In this document: in pieces, positions 50,401 through 63,421 of the stretch
Position numbering within the stretch: position 1 is the stretch's first letter
How the letters are laid out: each line of letters opens with the position of its first letter
NCBI RefSeq assembly: GCF_018977255.1
Contig: NW_024704761.1
Location: 3,224,001 to 3,288,000 of the forward strand
Length of the DNA stretch: 64,000 nucleotides
Direction: 5' to 3'
Source of the DNA: Callorhinchus milii
Taxonomy: Eukaryota
Notes under the pieces: model-generated
The model's database searches: none
What the model was told of the DNA's origin: nothing
What the model saw: only the letters and a program-made list of their open reading frames with translations
Translations under genes and position numbers: made by a program

Positions 50401-53400
50401 TGCGGCCACGCATGTGGTTACTCTTCATACGATTGACAAACGTCACCACCGCGTTCTGCAGCGCCTTCAGGAACTGCTCGTGGTTCTCCTCCGACTCCCC
50501 GTTCTGATACTGCTGCTAGACAGGAAGGGAACCCTCAGTAACTCACACACACACAGAAACACAGAGAGAGAGAGAGAGACACACACACAAAGAGACGTGA
50601 AGAGTGAGGGAGAGACAGAGAGATTGAGCTGGAGAGAAAGACACACACACACAGACACACAAAGAGATAGACATGTAGAGCGAGAGTGAGTGAGAGACAC
50701 AATCACAGAGGGAGAGAGACGTGCAGAGAAAGTACAAGCGAGAGCACGCTCACATATCAATTGCAACTTTTCAGGCAGTGACAGTTTTTCTCTTCCCCCT
50801 CCCCCACTTACCTCCACCACAGTGACAGGAGCCGGGTGCGTTTCAACAGGCTGGGATATGGACTCCACCACAGGGACCGGGGCGGAGGGTGTGGGGCTCT
50901 TCCGAACCTCCTCCTGCTTCTTCTCCCAGTAGTTGCGGTTGAGATAGCGAGCCAGCTGTAAAGGGGTACAACAACAGCCTTACGCTTTGTCATCGGAAAA
51001 CCACAAAAAAGAACAAGGGAGAAAAAGGTACTGTTCCTTACCTCAGGGTCAATCTCTTCAGCTGAGGGAGCTGAGGAATTCTAGAACGGCAGAAAACAAA
51101 AGATCAGTTGGCGGGGTTAGCCCAGTGCCTCTCCCTAACCCCCAGCTTCTTCCCAGTTAACCTTCTCAAAACCCTTCATCATTCTGAGTTCTCAGAGAAG
51201 CCTGAACGCCTCACATGGGGTTTGAACCCGCAACATTTAGGCTGGTACAAAGAATAGCCCCATTGGGCTATGACCAGTGGTGAGTTTACTGTGCACGCTG
51301 GATGGGGAGGAAGGAAGAGGTATCAAACAGGCTTGTGTTCCAGTCAGTAACGGGCATTGGAGACAGACGTACCATTGGTGGGGAGTACAAGACGCTGCTC
51401 CCTGGGGGTGCGGATGAGGTGGCCGGTGCTGGATCAGTCTTTGGGTACATGGAGTACGTGCTCTTTTGTCTCTGCGAACAGGAGAGAGAAAATAAAACGA
51501 GCTGTCGTCAAAGCTCCAGCGGCAGGCGATGGATCAAAGGAACCAACCTTCCACTTGGTTTGGAGAATATTATTCATAATAATTCTTGCATTCGATACAG
51601 CGCCTTATCAAATTGTTGAGACGTCTCAAAGCGCTTCACAGAATCTGTTATCAAGTGCAGCGACTGTGTACTTTGTGGGTGAGACCCGGCAGCCAATTGC
51701 GCACAGCAGTGTCCCACAAAGTCATCTCAGTTCTTTCTGACACCTCACCGTGCAAAACTATGCATAAAAAAAATATTGGGGAGAGGGAAATGAACGCGTC
51801 AATCCGACGAGCTCACTCACCATCCGCTCCTTCTCCTCAGCCTCGGACTGAGACAGTGCGATCGCCAGCTGCAGCTCTTCCTCCTCCTGCAGGGCGGCCT
51901 CATCGCGCTTCGGGGGCATCTGCAGGGGGTGTGGAAGGTCAGAGACCCTGTGACAGGGACCCGCGGCTCTTGGCACAAGAGAACCTCCCGACCCGTTACA
52001 AGCTCCGTACCACGGAGAGTTGCCGTCAAATGTAGGGACCGTACTTTGTGGGCAAACATAGCAGCCAATGTGCAGATAGCAAGGTCCAACAGACTGCCGT
52101 GGAGTTAGTATAATAATGCTAATAATAACTTGATACAGCGCCTTATCGTATCGTTGAGACGTCTCAAAGCTTTTCACAGAATATAATGCAAAGTGGATTG
52201 ACTGTATTTTGTGGACAAAACAACAACTTATATTTCTATAGCGCTTTTCACGTCAATGTAGCAGCCAATTGCGCACAGCAGTGTCCCACAAACAGTCGTG
52301 GATTGAGTGACCGCATTTTATGTTGACTAATGTACTTGGGGGATTGTTGCCCAGGACATAGGAAGAAATAGCGCCGCGGGATCTTTGAACAATCTCTGAA
52401 CACGAACAGGACAGTACCTCAGTTTAATACCTCATTCAAACTTCCACATGTAGATGGGAAACATAGAACTAGGTTTGGATACTCTTAAACATGGTGATGG
52501 GTTTCCACATGTGTCAGTCACCCAGCTGACCAAAAAATAGTTTACAGTTTAATAGTGTTAATTTTATCCCCCAACGTTGAATCACTCCCTGCCCAGCCTA
52601 ACGTCCAAACCCAAACAACAAAAGCAAATAGGACCTGAGGGGAACCACAATCAGGCTTAATGTCAGCAAGTGACTGGACAGCTTACCTGTGACTGTTGGG
52701 AGAGTGGGCTTGTGAGGTACTCGGGTGGGAGATCTGCTGGGGCCGAGGCGATGGTCTTTACCTCAGACTTCCTGGGAAGAGAACCAGGAGAAAAGGTCAG
52801 AGCTCACCGAACCAAACGATTCTGACGAAGCAGCACACAGCTTGCAGCTTCTCAACAAAAGTGCGATAAACTAGGGGAAGGGGAGAGAGGTGGGGAAAAC
52901 AGACAGACAGCGTGAACCAAGTCAGCGACAGCCGAGAGCACGGCCTCAACGGCCAGAAGCTGGGTCAGCACTGGGGCAGCCAGCACACCCCGGTGTCTGT
53001 GCCTGTCGGCAGCCAGACTACCCAAACCAGGAGCCCCTCCACCACCCACCACACCCCACCAGGAAACCATACGGGAGGGGGGGGTTCCTGAGGTGGCTTC
53101 GTTTTTAGCACATCGTCAATTTGGTGTCAGAGCCACAGAATTGTTCATTTTATGATCCCTTTCCCGGCAGAGATTAGTCACTCTATGAGGTTTTTTTTTG
53201 TGTTGTGTAATCCTGTTAAACATTTAACACAACGTGTACATCGATTGTTGTTGTCAGCTGCGATACATCTCTCAATGGCAGGAGGGTATTGCCGCTTATA
53301 GTGAAGCTATGTTTCGTTCCCCCGCCTCCCCCCCCGCCCCAACCACACCCAGCACCACCTTTACATCTGAATATCAGTAACTCGTAATATGTATTTTCAC

Positions 53401-56400
53401 ACAAAATAAATGATGGATTGCGTCTTCCTGAACCTTGGGATTGTGTCTGGGGAAAGAAAAAGCAAGGTGGGCCGGGGAGACCTGAGTGACATAACGTAGC
53501 GGGAGCAACTGTGGAGGGGATGGACAGAGGGAAGGAGAGGGTATCCCACAGGTCTAACTGGGTTTATGATTATTTCACGCACAAAATATACAATCACTCC
53601 ACTTTACAATATATCCTGTGCAGCGTTTTGAGGTCTTAATGACATGTTATGGCGCTATATCAAATACAAGGATTATTATTATTATTTCCACAGCAAGCAT
53701 GAAGCAGGAGAGCATTAGATTCAGGATAAATCCCAAAAGAGGTGAAGCAGGGAAGGGCAGCAGGAAAGTGCCTTTGCACTGAGGGTGGTAGGAACGTGGA
53801 ATCTTGACCACAAAGGAGGCAGAATGAGTCTATTCTTTCAAAAGAAAATTAGCTGAAAGGATATTGGAGGGGTTTGAGGGCGGGAGGGAGGAGAGGAGGG
53901 GCAGGGATTAGATCAGGTAACTCCTCTGCACTGGGAAACACGACCGGTTTCTGGGCTGTGTGACTCAGTGCCACTTTGCTCTAAATGCCGCGTATCTTTG
54001 TGCTCATGTTTCACATTTTAACCAAGACGCACGGGAGTGAGTAAAGAGGGAGACGACGGTAAAACATTACGAGTCACACAAAACAGCCGCTTAATTGTAC
54101 TGCAATCTACCAGCGAGAATAAAAATGTGCCGTACATGTTACTGGCCTCAAGGTCTTCCTTTCTGTGGAGAAAAATTATAGGTCATCGTAAAAACACAGA
54201 CCGAGGCATTCCCGAACCACAGTAATCCCGGAACCGCCGAGCGCGGGGACCCACAGCCTCTGACCGGACACACGGCAGCTCTACACGAGATTCCCCCGTT
54301 AAAGAGTCACACGAGGACCCGAGTGCTTTGAGCCACCCTCCCGACATGATAGGTATGAAACTGTCGTTATTGTCGTTGAGGACCTGAGCTGGGGGGTTTG
54401 GGCACAGGAAGAGGCTGTTCCGCCAGGTTATCAGATCACATTTCAATCCCATTTCCTTCCACTACCACCCTTACTTCAACCATCAGTCCTCCTTCTAAAA
54501 CTACAATATTAAACAACCCAATTGATTCTGCCTCTGTGTCAACGCTTTCCCACACTGGTCATACGCAAAAAAAAATTTATTTGTGTGTGGGGGAAATGGA
54601 GGAAATTGTATGAGCAAACATCACCAGTTCCACTGGTAAGAGAATCAATTGCCCCACCAATCCTAATCACATGAGTTTGTGAGAGAAGGAACAGAGCTGA
54701 AATCCTCTCCCCCGCCCCAATACCAACTCTTTTCCCCACCGGGACTGCAACTGCTATAGAGACTCTCTGCAGTCACACTGTTCTCCCTGACTTTTTTCGG
54801 GCGGGTGTCGAGGGGAAGGATTTACTCTGGGGACCGGTGTACACACCGGCCTATTGACCGACCGATGAGCTACTAACTTGTTCAGCTGCTCGAAACAGGG
54901 CTCGCAGACCCGCACCTCCCGTTCGATTCCAAACTTGGGGATGGTGGAGGACTTGGAGGAACATTTGCCGCAAAAGATCTGACCACACGCTCGGCAGTGA
55001 TGCTGGGAAACAAGAAGGTTTTTAAATCGACGTTCCAACCCCTTTAAATATACTTAACATCTACAATACCTGGAGGGTGGGGGCTAAAATGACGTTTGTG
55101 CTAACTGCGTATGATTAGCCCGTTGGCAAACAGCAAACAATATAAATGCTCAACATGATAAAGTGCTATACCAAATGAATGATTATTATCATTATTAATG
55201 ATGAAAAGGATAACAGAATTTAAACCTTTTCATTGGTTGTTAGTTACGCAATAAAGGGCATCTTTATAGTTTGCACTTGGTTAGTCCATATGTCGTTAGC
55301 CCAAACCTCATTTTAATTGCAGCGTCTCCGTAATGGGTCTGTCAGCCATGATAAAGCACAAACACTGGATGTGTATGTCCTCGCCCCAGTCTGCCCAGCA
55401 GGGGGGGAAAATCAGGAGACCTGTCGAGCTAGTTTATTTGATTGTGTCAGATTTTTTTAAAAATCCCATTATCTCCACGCTCTGGATGGATTTAAGCATC
55501 GAGGCGTTTCCCTTTTAAGCATCCCAATTGACTTTGCCTGTGTGGCGTTCTGAGGGCATCGCACTGCACTCCGCATTCCCATCACCCGCCGCGTAAGGAA
55601 AGGTTTCCTGATCTCAGATTGGAATCGGCGCTCTCTCTTACCTTCCTCGTCATCACTCCAAACTGCACCCTGCAACGGTGACACTCCTCGGCATCCACCC
55701 AGTCTGGAGCCTGCTGACAAGACACAAATCCTGGGTTCTTTCCCACTTAAAGCTATCGCCACAGACCGCCCCCATACACACCCCCACCACCCCAATGCAA
55801 GTGCCACATCCACACCACTGCACACCATCTTCAGGGGGATTCAAATCAATTGCACATAGGGTTCCACCACAAAGCAATTTCCAACAAGATTCCTGTGGGT
55901 CAGTGTGACATTCTTCCCACCTCCTTACTCGGATTCCCATCACACACAGTGATAGGTAAATCCCGATAACTAGACCTGGAGTCCAGCTCCCATCAGTAAC
56001 AAACAATGGTCATGCAGGAAACAGACATTCATTTGAAACCATCCCGATTTGCTTACTAAGCAGATTGGTCAGATACACTGAATCACATTCCACATCTCAT
56101 TCATTCCACAAACAAGTTATCCCAGAAATAACACAACCAAAACAGCCCTGTAATCACTTACCCTTTCGGACACAAACATTGCATCACATTCCTTAAATTC
56201 TGGGAAGACGTTGCCTGGAAATGACAGGAAAAACACAGTTGAATTGACGGAGGAATGACACCCATTCCCAGCTGTAAATGTATCTTTGTGAACACCATGT
56301 ACTTTTCTTCTCAGACACAAAGTCCTGTTACCCCCAGTTTTTTTTCCTACAATTAATATGTGTTTTCTGTTGCAAATGACTTGAGTGTAACTATGTCTGA

Positions 56401-59400
56401 TACGAGTCACTTCCTCATCACTCCAAAGCATCCATGTTACGGGCGATGTGGCACTGAACATGGTGACGGATCATTATTTGCCACGAAAATGATGGCGCTC
56501 ACACACACACACTGATCCTTCAGACATTTAAATACAGTTAAACACTTGTACTGAATACAATTAAGTACTTCTAAATACAATTATCATCATAATCAGTTGT
56601 TGATCAGTGCACTGTAGAAAAAAAACACAGGGCGGGGGTAACAGGACACCCTGTAGACTGGCCACAATGGGCCTCGCATGACCGCCTCACCTTCTACCTT
56701 CATGATCTGGTATGTGTCTTGCACCACCTTGTACTTGGGCTCGTTGCGGAAAGCGTGAGACCAGGCCTGGATCAACTGCAGGATCTTGGTGCGGACATTG
56801 GGTTCCGTCTGCCTCTACCGGAGAGACATGCAAATCCATCAGCCAGTCCTCAACAACAACTAGCATTTATATAGCACCCCTTGCAGAGGGTAGCGTCCCT
56901 GACCGTTTGACAGTGGCGGAGCACGACACCGAGCTGGGGGGAGGCAACCGCAGGCACGTTCGTAGAATAAGATCTTCAGGCGCGATCTGAAGATGGATAA
57001 GGAGGAGGCAAAGTGGAGGCATAGTGGAAAAGTGTCCCAGAGATTTGGGGGATAGTAGCTGGTAAACACTTTCTCTCTCTTTCTCTCCCCACACCAGGAG
57101 AACAAGAACTCCGGTGTCTGTGGTGCCCTGAAAGTGCAATGCACTTCGGAACACAGCATATGGCTTTGGTTTCAAAACTTGTTCCTCGCTTTCTCCCCCA
57201 TGGCTCAGCGAGCGAAGTCTTGTCAAAGCAACCGGACAGAACAGAAAGGTCGCAGGTAAACCAGCTCACAAAAAATATGCAGTGTTAAACGGTTAATTTC
57301 ATTTCAAAGCATCATCCTGGATAAGTGACCCCATCGCGTCTGTTCATGTGCAGACAAGCTCAGCGGCCACCCAGAAACATGGTGCTCACAGCTACCAAAG
57401 TCCTTCACCAAGCTATCAGGAGGTAAAGACAGGGGAAGGAACGATCAGAGGGAAAATTGGGGGTGGGGGGAGTCAACAAAAAAAAGAAGCTGGGGAAAGG
57501 GGTCTTAACTATCGAGCTTTGCTCACCTCCAAAACAATTTAAAGCTGACTGGAGGGGCGGTGGCTTCAGCTGTTTCTCTGCTCCAGATGTTTGATACTTC
57601 ATCCCAGTCACAAGGTGGATGATGTCACCAGGAAGTAAACACCAATACCTCACCCCCCCCCACCCTCAATGATTTATCCTGTGCAATATTCCGGTAGTGA
57701 CAAAAGGGCATTCGATGATCACGTGCCAAAAAAATAGCAACAGGAAGTGAATACAATTGGCATGGCCGTGGGGATTTCCATAGACTGACATGCCTACAGA
57801 AAAGAAGAAGTCCTTGTGTTTGATGTAGGGACTTAACATGTCACAACATCACAAAGGCCTTCACACAAGAATTCTGCTCATGATTGCTGTTATGTGCTCA
57901 CGTGGGTGAGCTGCCTATGGAACCAGACCCCAGCATGGAGAACAAAAAAAATTGACAGGAACAAAAATTCACCCACAAAATACACAGTCACTCCACTTTA
58001 CAGTATATTCAGTGAAACACTAAGAAACGTCTCAACGTCATGATAAGGTGGTATATCAAATGAAAGAATTATTACTATTATTATTATTAATAATCAGAAA
58101 TTTGTTGTTACCTTGAACAGTTCCTTCAGCTCCTCCAAGGTTTGTTTGTTGGCCACCTCATCATGAATGGTTTGGCCGCAGTTCTTCACCACAGACTCCA
58201 GGACCTGTGAGAAAGCACACGGCGAGAGTCAAGACATGGCGGCGGAGCAGAGACGCAGAGCGGCATGCGGAGCGCTCACCCACCTCCAGAGCATAAAGGA
58301 CCACGTGTGGGTTTTTGTCATTAAGTTTCTTCTTGATGGCACCGATGGCATATTTTGCTCTGAAGAAAGAAATGGATGTGAATTAACCACCAGCAAAGCA
58401 CAATCTGAAAGGCGCAGAACCCACCCTCCACCCACAACAACAATAGATTACATTTGTAGAGCGCCTTTCATGTCAGGAGGACGTCCCAAGCTGCTGGACA
58501 GTCAAGGAATTGTATCTGAGCTTGGGGTTGAGATCAGGAAGATTGGAAGGCAGGGAGGGTGGGGGCAGGAGGATGACCAAAGGCACGGTCAGAGGAGGAT
58601 CAAACCACAACACAAGTTTTCCCCTGCTTCTGTCCTTGAATTGTTGCTATAAAACTACATCTTTTTAAAAAAAATCCTTTTAGCACTTTCTGAAAGAGAT
58701 CAAGAGATTTCACCAGTGCCTCTCATTTTTAGATTAATCCAAAATTCAATGAGGAGAGAGAATAGAGGCTCAGAATCCCCCTTCCATCCATAACAACAAC
58801 AAAATTGCATTTGTATAGCGGCTTTCACCTCGGGAGGACGTCCCAAAGAAGATAGGAAGGTAATACCACTTTAACCTGGCCCAACGGTATAAACCCATCT
58901 TTTTCCACTCTTCGGTCTTGAAAAACCTGGTGGGAAGGACATCCCATAATAAATACAACACTTACTGAGCATCTCCCTGGCGAATCAGATCACAGATCTG
59001 CAGGATCGATTCCCAGTCCGTCTCCAGCAGTAACTGGCTTGTGGCTTTGTCTTTTCCGGAGGAAACAAAAGTGCACAATTTAATATATAATAATAATCCT
59101 TGCATTTGATATAGTCACTTATCATGTCTTCAAGACGTCTCAAAGTGCTTCACAGAATATACTGTAAAGTGAATTGACTGTATATTTTGTGGGCGAAACG
59201 CGGCAGCCAACTATGCACAGTAGTGTCCCACAAACACTCGTGGATTGATTGACTAAATTATTATAATATTTATTGTTTATTTGTTTTTTTTAAAAAAGGG
59301 ATTATTCATGTCAACTCACAACCGCCCCCTGAACAAACAATGTGAACTCAGATTCCACCGGGTGAGATGTTAAATCAAGCCCCGTCCACAAGTTCTTCAG

Positions 59401-61112
59401 GCAGATTGTAAAAATCTTACCACACTATTCAGAAATAAAGGGAGTTTTCCCAATGGGTGTCCAGGCTGACAATTTCCCAGATCAGCTGATCATTCACTCC
59501 ATGGATGTTTGCGTGACCTTGCTGCACATAAATTGGGTTGCTTACAAATACACAGTCCAGTCATTTCATTTGACTGACAGCAATAGCCTGTGAAGCATTT
59601 TGAGAGACTAGTGCTACAATCTGAAATGAAACAATCATGACTATATAAACCCAGCAAGGAAATGGTAGACTTGCAGTGGTTGCCAGTATCCAGCCAGAGG
59701 CAGTAGATATCATTTACTCTTCCTGAGCTAATAGGCCATTGCTTTGATCATGCCAAGCTTGGTTTTTAAAAGCCTGCAGATTGTAGCAGGAGGAGGCCAG
59801 AGGGAGCAGAGGAGTTTTACAGGGTTTCTGGAGGAATTCCTGGCAAAAAATGAGTAGGAAGCAGCACTAAACAAAACTAAAGTGCAACACTCCGCCTCGT
59901 ATTTTCTTTAACAAGACTCAGTTTCGGTGCAGGCTGATCTCAAAGAGTTCACACCTGTTAAACCCTGACCAGAAGGCAGCTCAGATGTTACATTCCCACC
60001 CAGGGAGGTAAGGGACAAGAACGGGACTGAAATCCATGTAGCTTCAGATTCCATTGCAAACTCCAGAAACCTTCCATTGCATCAGAGGCTGATTCACATG
60101 CCTCTTTCGAAATGGGGAAGGCTTTGGAGATTTAATCAAAATTCATTTGAACTACAGCAAACCAACCAACAACTCTTCATCAACCCTGCCTTGAGTAACA
60201 ACTACACATACGTATATTAAAAAATAACCCATTTCTGATACAGATCAAAAAGCAAAGCTGCTTAGCATCACACAATTAACAAAGGGTTCACTCCCACCAC
60301 TTTCAGTTGGCGAGTTATCTCTGGAGCCGCCAAGTTCTTTTCAGTAAAGCCTGGACTGCAATGGCACAGCGGTGATAGATTATGTGATTAGAATAACTAA
60401 TAATGCGTTTTCAAGTAATTTGTTTACACATCATTCTGTAGGATTTTCTACTGTGAATAGCCTTAGACATAGGATAGAATCAGAATTTACAGCACAGAAG
60501 GCAATTAAGCTCATTATGTCCATGCCAATCTGAAAGATTCCCCATTTACCCCCACTTCCCTACTTTTCCCCCCCACCCACACATGCAATTCTGTTTCAAA
60601 TATTTGTTCAACTCCCTTTTTGAGCAATTGTGGATTCAGCTTCAACAGCTGTTTTTGCTATCGACATTGTATTTGCACAGGAAACGTAGGAAAACAGGAC
60701 TAGGAGGAGGCCACTCAGCCTGTTCTACCAGTTTATTGGATCTTGTCAGATTTTTTTTAACCCTAATGACCCATCCTTTCACTGTAGCCCTTAACCCCTC
60801 AACTGCCCAAGTCCCTGTCCTGCCTCTTCCTATCTCGAATGATTCTGCATCGACAGCTCTCCGGGGCCGAGCGTCACAGCCCCGTGTGTCGAGCAAAACC
60901 TTCCCCCCGAGTGCTCTGGGTCTGATTTCAAGGCGATGCCCCTAATTTAGGCTGATCACACGCCCCGGATTTCCAGAGACCGCGGGGTATGGTGTCCCTG
61001 GGGCCAAATTTGCCCCCCATCTCGGCTTCAGCTCGGGCCCTGCCCTCCCCCACCACCCCCTGTAGAGGCATCACCCCGGGGAGCTTGCTGTCAGGCAACT
61101 CCCAGGCTTCAG

Positions 61113-61143
<31 letters not shown>

Positions 61144-61276
61144 GACGGTTGGTCTCCTCCCCGCTTCCAGCTCATTCCACGGCAGTGCGGGAGGGGGTGG
61201 TGGGGGGGGGGTGGTGGGGGCGGGAGGGGGGGCTCTTACCGAGCAGCCTTTCGAAGGGGCCGCCGCCTTTGCCCAT
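47464..61276 (-). CDS. HGS: Hepatocyte growth factor-regulated tyrosine kinase substrate (Hrs, ESCRT-0); 21 exons, 746 aa
   Basis: Exons 61240-61276, 58966-59050, 58284-58359, 58112-58204, 56691-56814, 56162-56214, 55642-55710, 54878-55002, 52687-52771, 51821-51919, 51373-51471, 51042-51080, 50812-50955, 50302-50515, 49951-50123, 49537-49677, 49048-49225, 48654-48787, 48397-48495, 47681-47776, 47464-47541. Domains: VHS (KATSQLLLETDW), FYVE (RKHHCRACG), UIM (QEEEELQLAIALSQSEAE), PSAP motif, coiled coil and clathrin box LISFD*. Confidence 0.96.
48225..48372 (+). mobile_element. Short CR1 3' end
   Basis: AAGGGCATTAAGGGATATGGG..GAGGGGCTGAACTAGCCTACTCCTGTTCCT. Confidence 0.7.
59088..59260 (-). 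mobile_element. 5'-truncated SINE tail (representative of many copies)
   Basis: AATAATCCTTGCATTTGATATAG..GTCCCACAAAC. Similar copies lie near 4770, 5980, 8470, 12845, 16220, 17145, 17935, 20100, 28265, 30390, 32520, 36250, 39545, 44660, 49263, 51578, 52120, 53570 and 57970. Confidence 0.8.
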
Positions 61277-61279
61277 CTC

Positions 61280-61670
61280 TCTGGCCGCCTGGGGCTGCTG
61301 TGTCGCTCCTGGCTTACTCCTTTGTCGCTCTCTTTCCCACAGACGGACCCGCTCCGGAGCCGCCCGTCCGCTTATCGACTTGAAGGAGCGGGGAGGGGAG
61401 GGGAGGAGAGTCAGGCGAGAAAGGGGAAGGAGCAGGTTGGGGCCTTACGCTGGCGGGCGGCGCGTCCCGGATGACGTCGCTGCGCAGCAACGCACAGGAA
61501 GGGGAGGGGGCGGGGCGCAACGGGCGCCCGGCGATGACGTTCGCAATCCCCACTGAGGGGCGGCGCGAGCTTTAACGGTCCGACCGCGCGCCCCTGGATT
61601 TAAAGCTCTCGCCATCGAAACCCCCCCCTCCCCCTCCCCCCACTTTGGAGTTGTTTTTAATTATCTAAAC
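61280..61670. promoter_or_regulatory. Bidirectional CpG-island promoter for HGS and ARL16
   Basis: CpG-dense stretch between divergent genes, with CRE/ATF-like TGACGT at 61472 and 61535 and GC box GGGGCGGGGC at 61507-61516. Confidence 0.75.
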
Positions 61671-61679
61671 GTATGACTG

Positions 61680-62180
61680 TGGGGGGGGGGGGCGTTGTGT
61701 GTGGTGTGTGTGGGGGGGGTTGTGTATGTGGGGGTTGTGTGCGTGGGGGGGGGGGGTGTGTGGGGGCTGTGTGTGCGGGGGTGTGTGTGGGGGTGGGGGG
61801 TGTGTGTGGGGGGGGGGTGGGGCTTGTGTGTGTGGGGGTGTGTGTGGGGGGGGTGTGGGGGTGTGTGTGGGGGGTTGTGTGGGGGTGTGTGGGTGTGGGG
61901 GGGTTGTGGGGGTGGGGGTGTGTGGGGGGGGGGTGTGTGTGTGGGGGGTTGTGTGCGTGGGGGTGGTGGGGGTGGGGGCTGTGTGTGTGGGGGTGTGTGT
62001 GTGAGGGTTGTGTGTGTGTGTGGGGTGGGGGTTGTGTGTGGGGGGGGGTGGGGGCTGTGTGTGTGAGGGTTGTGTGTGTGGGGTGGGGGTTGTGTGTGTG
62101 TGTGGGGGGGTGGGGGTTGTGTGGTGGGGGCTGTGTGTGGGGGTGTGGTGGGGGGTTGTGTGTGTGTGTGGGGGGGGGGG
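61680..62180. repeat. G/T low-complexity tract
   Basis: About 500 nt of mixed G runs and (GT)n. Confidence 0.9.
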
Positions 62181-62273
62181 GTTAAGAGCCCGGGCGCCTG
62201 TTAAACGCCCGTGTAATTCTGACGTGTGTTTCCCTCCGCCCTCGTAGGCCGCGGTTTTGCTGTGGCCGCCGCC

Positions 62274-63421
62274 ATGTGCCTGCTGCTGGGCGCCACTGGG
62301 GTCGGGAAAACCCTCCTGCTGAAAAGATTGCACAATATCCTTTCGCTGAACCTCCCAACGACTCCCGCGTTCCCTTCCTGCCGCAGCGGGTGGCGCTTCT
62401 CGCCCCTTGCGTCCGGGAAGGTCGGGGGTTCGAGTCCCCGCTTCGCGACTCGGAATCGCTTCAGGGTCTTAAGAGACGACGCTCCAATGATGCGGGGGGG
62501 GGGGGCGCGCGGCGCGCGTTGCATTGCATGGCCGGGGGGTGCCGTCCTTCGGATGAGACGTTAGACCGAGGTCCCATCCGCCTGTTCAGGTGGAGTTAAA
62601 GATCCCATTGGCACTATTCGAAAAGAGAGTAATAATAATACTCGCATTTGATACAGCGCCTTTCACGTCGGGAGGACGTCCCAAAGCGCTTCACAGAACA
62701 TTCTGTAAAGTGAATTGACTGTATATTTGTGGGAGTTTCTCTCGGTGTCCTGGCCAACAAGCCCCACCCCTCATCAGCCCCAGTGGGTATCGTTGGCAGA
62801 CTTTTGCCAGATCGTTCGGCTGTAGAGGATGTCAACAGTGGAGCCTGACGGCTTCTCACCTGGTTGACGCACACACACACACACGAGCAATATAGGGTGA
62901 TGTAGAGGGACCGGAAGCAGTAACACTGACTGGTTCAACCAACTCTTAACCCAGGGAAGGCCAATTCCTTTTTCCTTTCCTAAGCGTAAAGAAATTGTGC
63001 AAGAGGTTTTGTGATGTCGTAACAGCACCTCGTGCAGCAAACAAAATGTGTGTGACCGCAAGCCTCCCGTAGATATCTTAAAGATCTTCAGTTTCATCAA
63101 CTGGTGCTAAAACAGTCAAGCTTTGACTGATTATAGGAACCCATGGTAAACAGATTAACCGAATGTAATGAACCATTTTGTAATAGCATGGATTTACATA
63201 ATTATAGAAGCTGCTAAATTATTTTCTCCCAGGAATCCAAATTGCATTTTTCCCCAAAATAATTGGAATCTCAGCTTGTGGTGTGAAAGATATGAATTTG
63301 TACTGCTTTAATTCAGCACACCCGAATATTTCAGATGTGCATCATCCTTGACAAAAACTTACAGTTGAGTCTCAAAGAAAATGTTGCTGATTTAGGAGAA
63401 CCTCCATCTACATTGCCCACG
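62274..63421 (+). CDS. ARL16: ADP-ribosylation factor-like GTPase 16; first two coding exons, remainder beyond the right edge
   Basis: Kozak GCCGCCGCCATG; exon 62274-62334 (MCLLLGATGVGKTLLLKRLH, P-loop) joined by an AT-AC intron to exon 63363-63421 (KLSLKENVADLGEPPSTLPT), followed by a GT donor. Divergent from HGS, as in mammals. Confidence 0.93.
62335..63362 (+). other. U12-type (minor spliceosome) AT-AC intron
   Basis: 5' site ATATCCTTT at 62335, branch point TCCTTGAC at 63345-63352 and terminal AC at 63361-63362. Splicing at these sites gives a continuous ARL16 reading frame. Confidence 0.92.
62380..62760 (+). mobile_element. DeuSINE with a nested antisense SINE tail, inside the ARL16 U12 intron
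   Basis: GGTTCGAGTCCC box B and Deu domain GCCGTCCTTCGGATGAGACGTTAGACCGAGG, interrupted at ~62630-62730. Confidence 0.7.

Noticed and set aside
61665-62333. Cys/Gly/Val-rich and His/Thr/Pro-rich ORFs that look like keratin-associated proteins or mucins
   Set aside because: They are translations of the G/T low-complexity tract.
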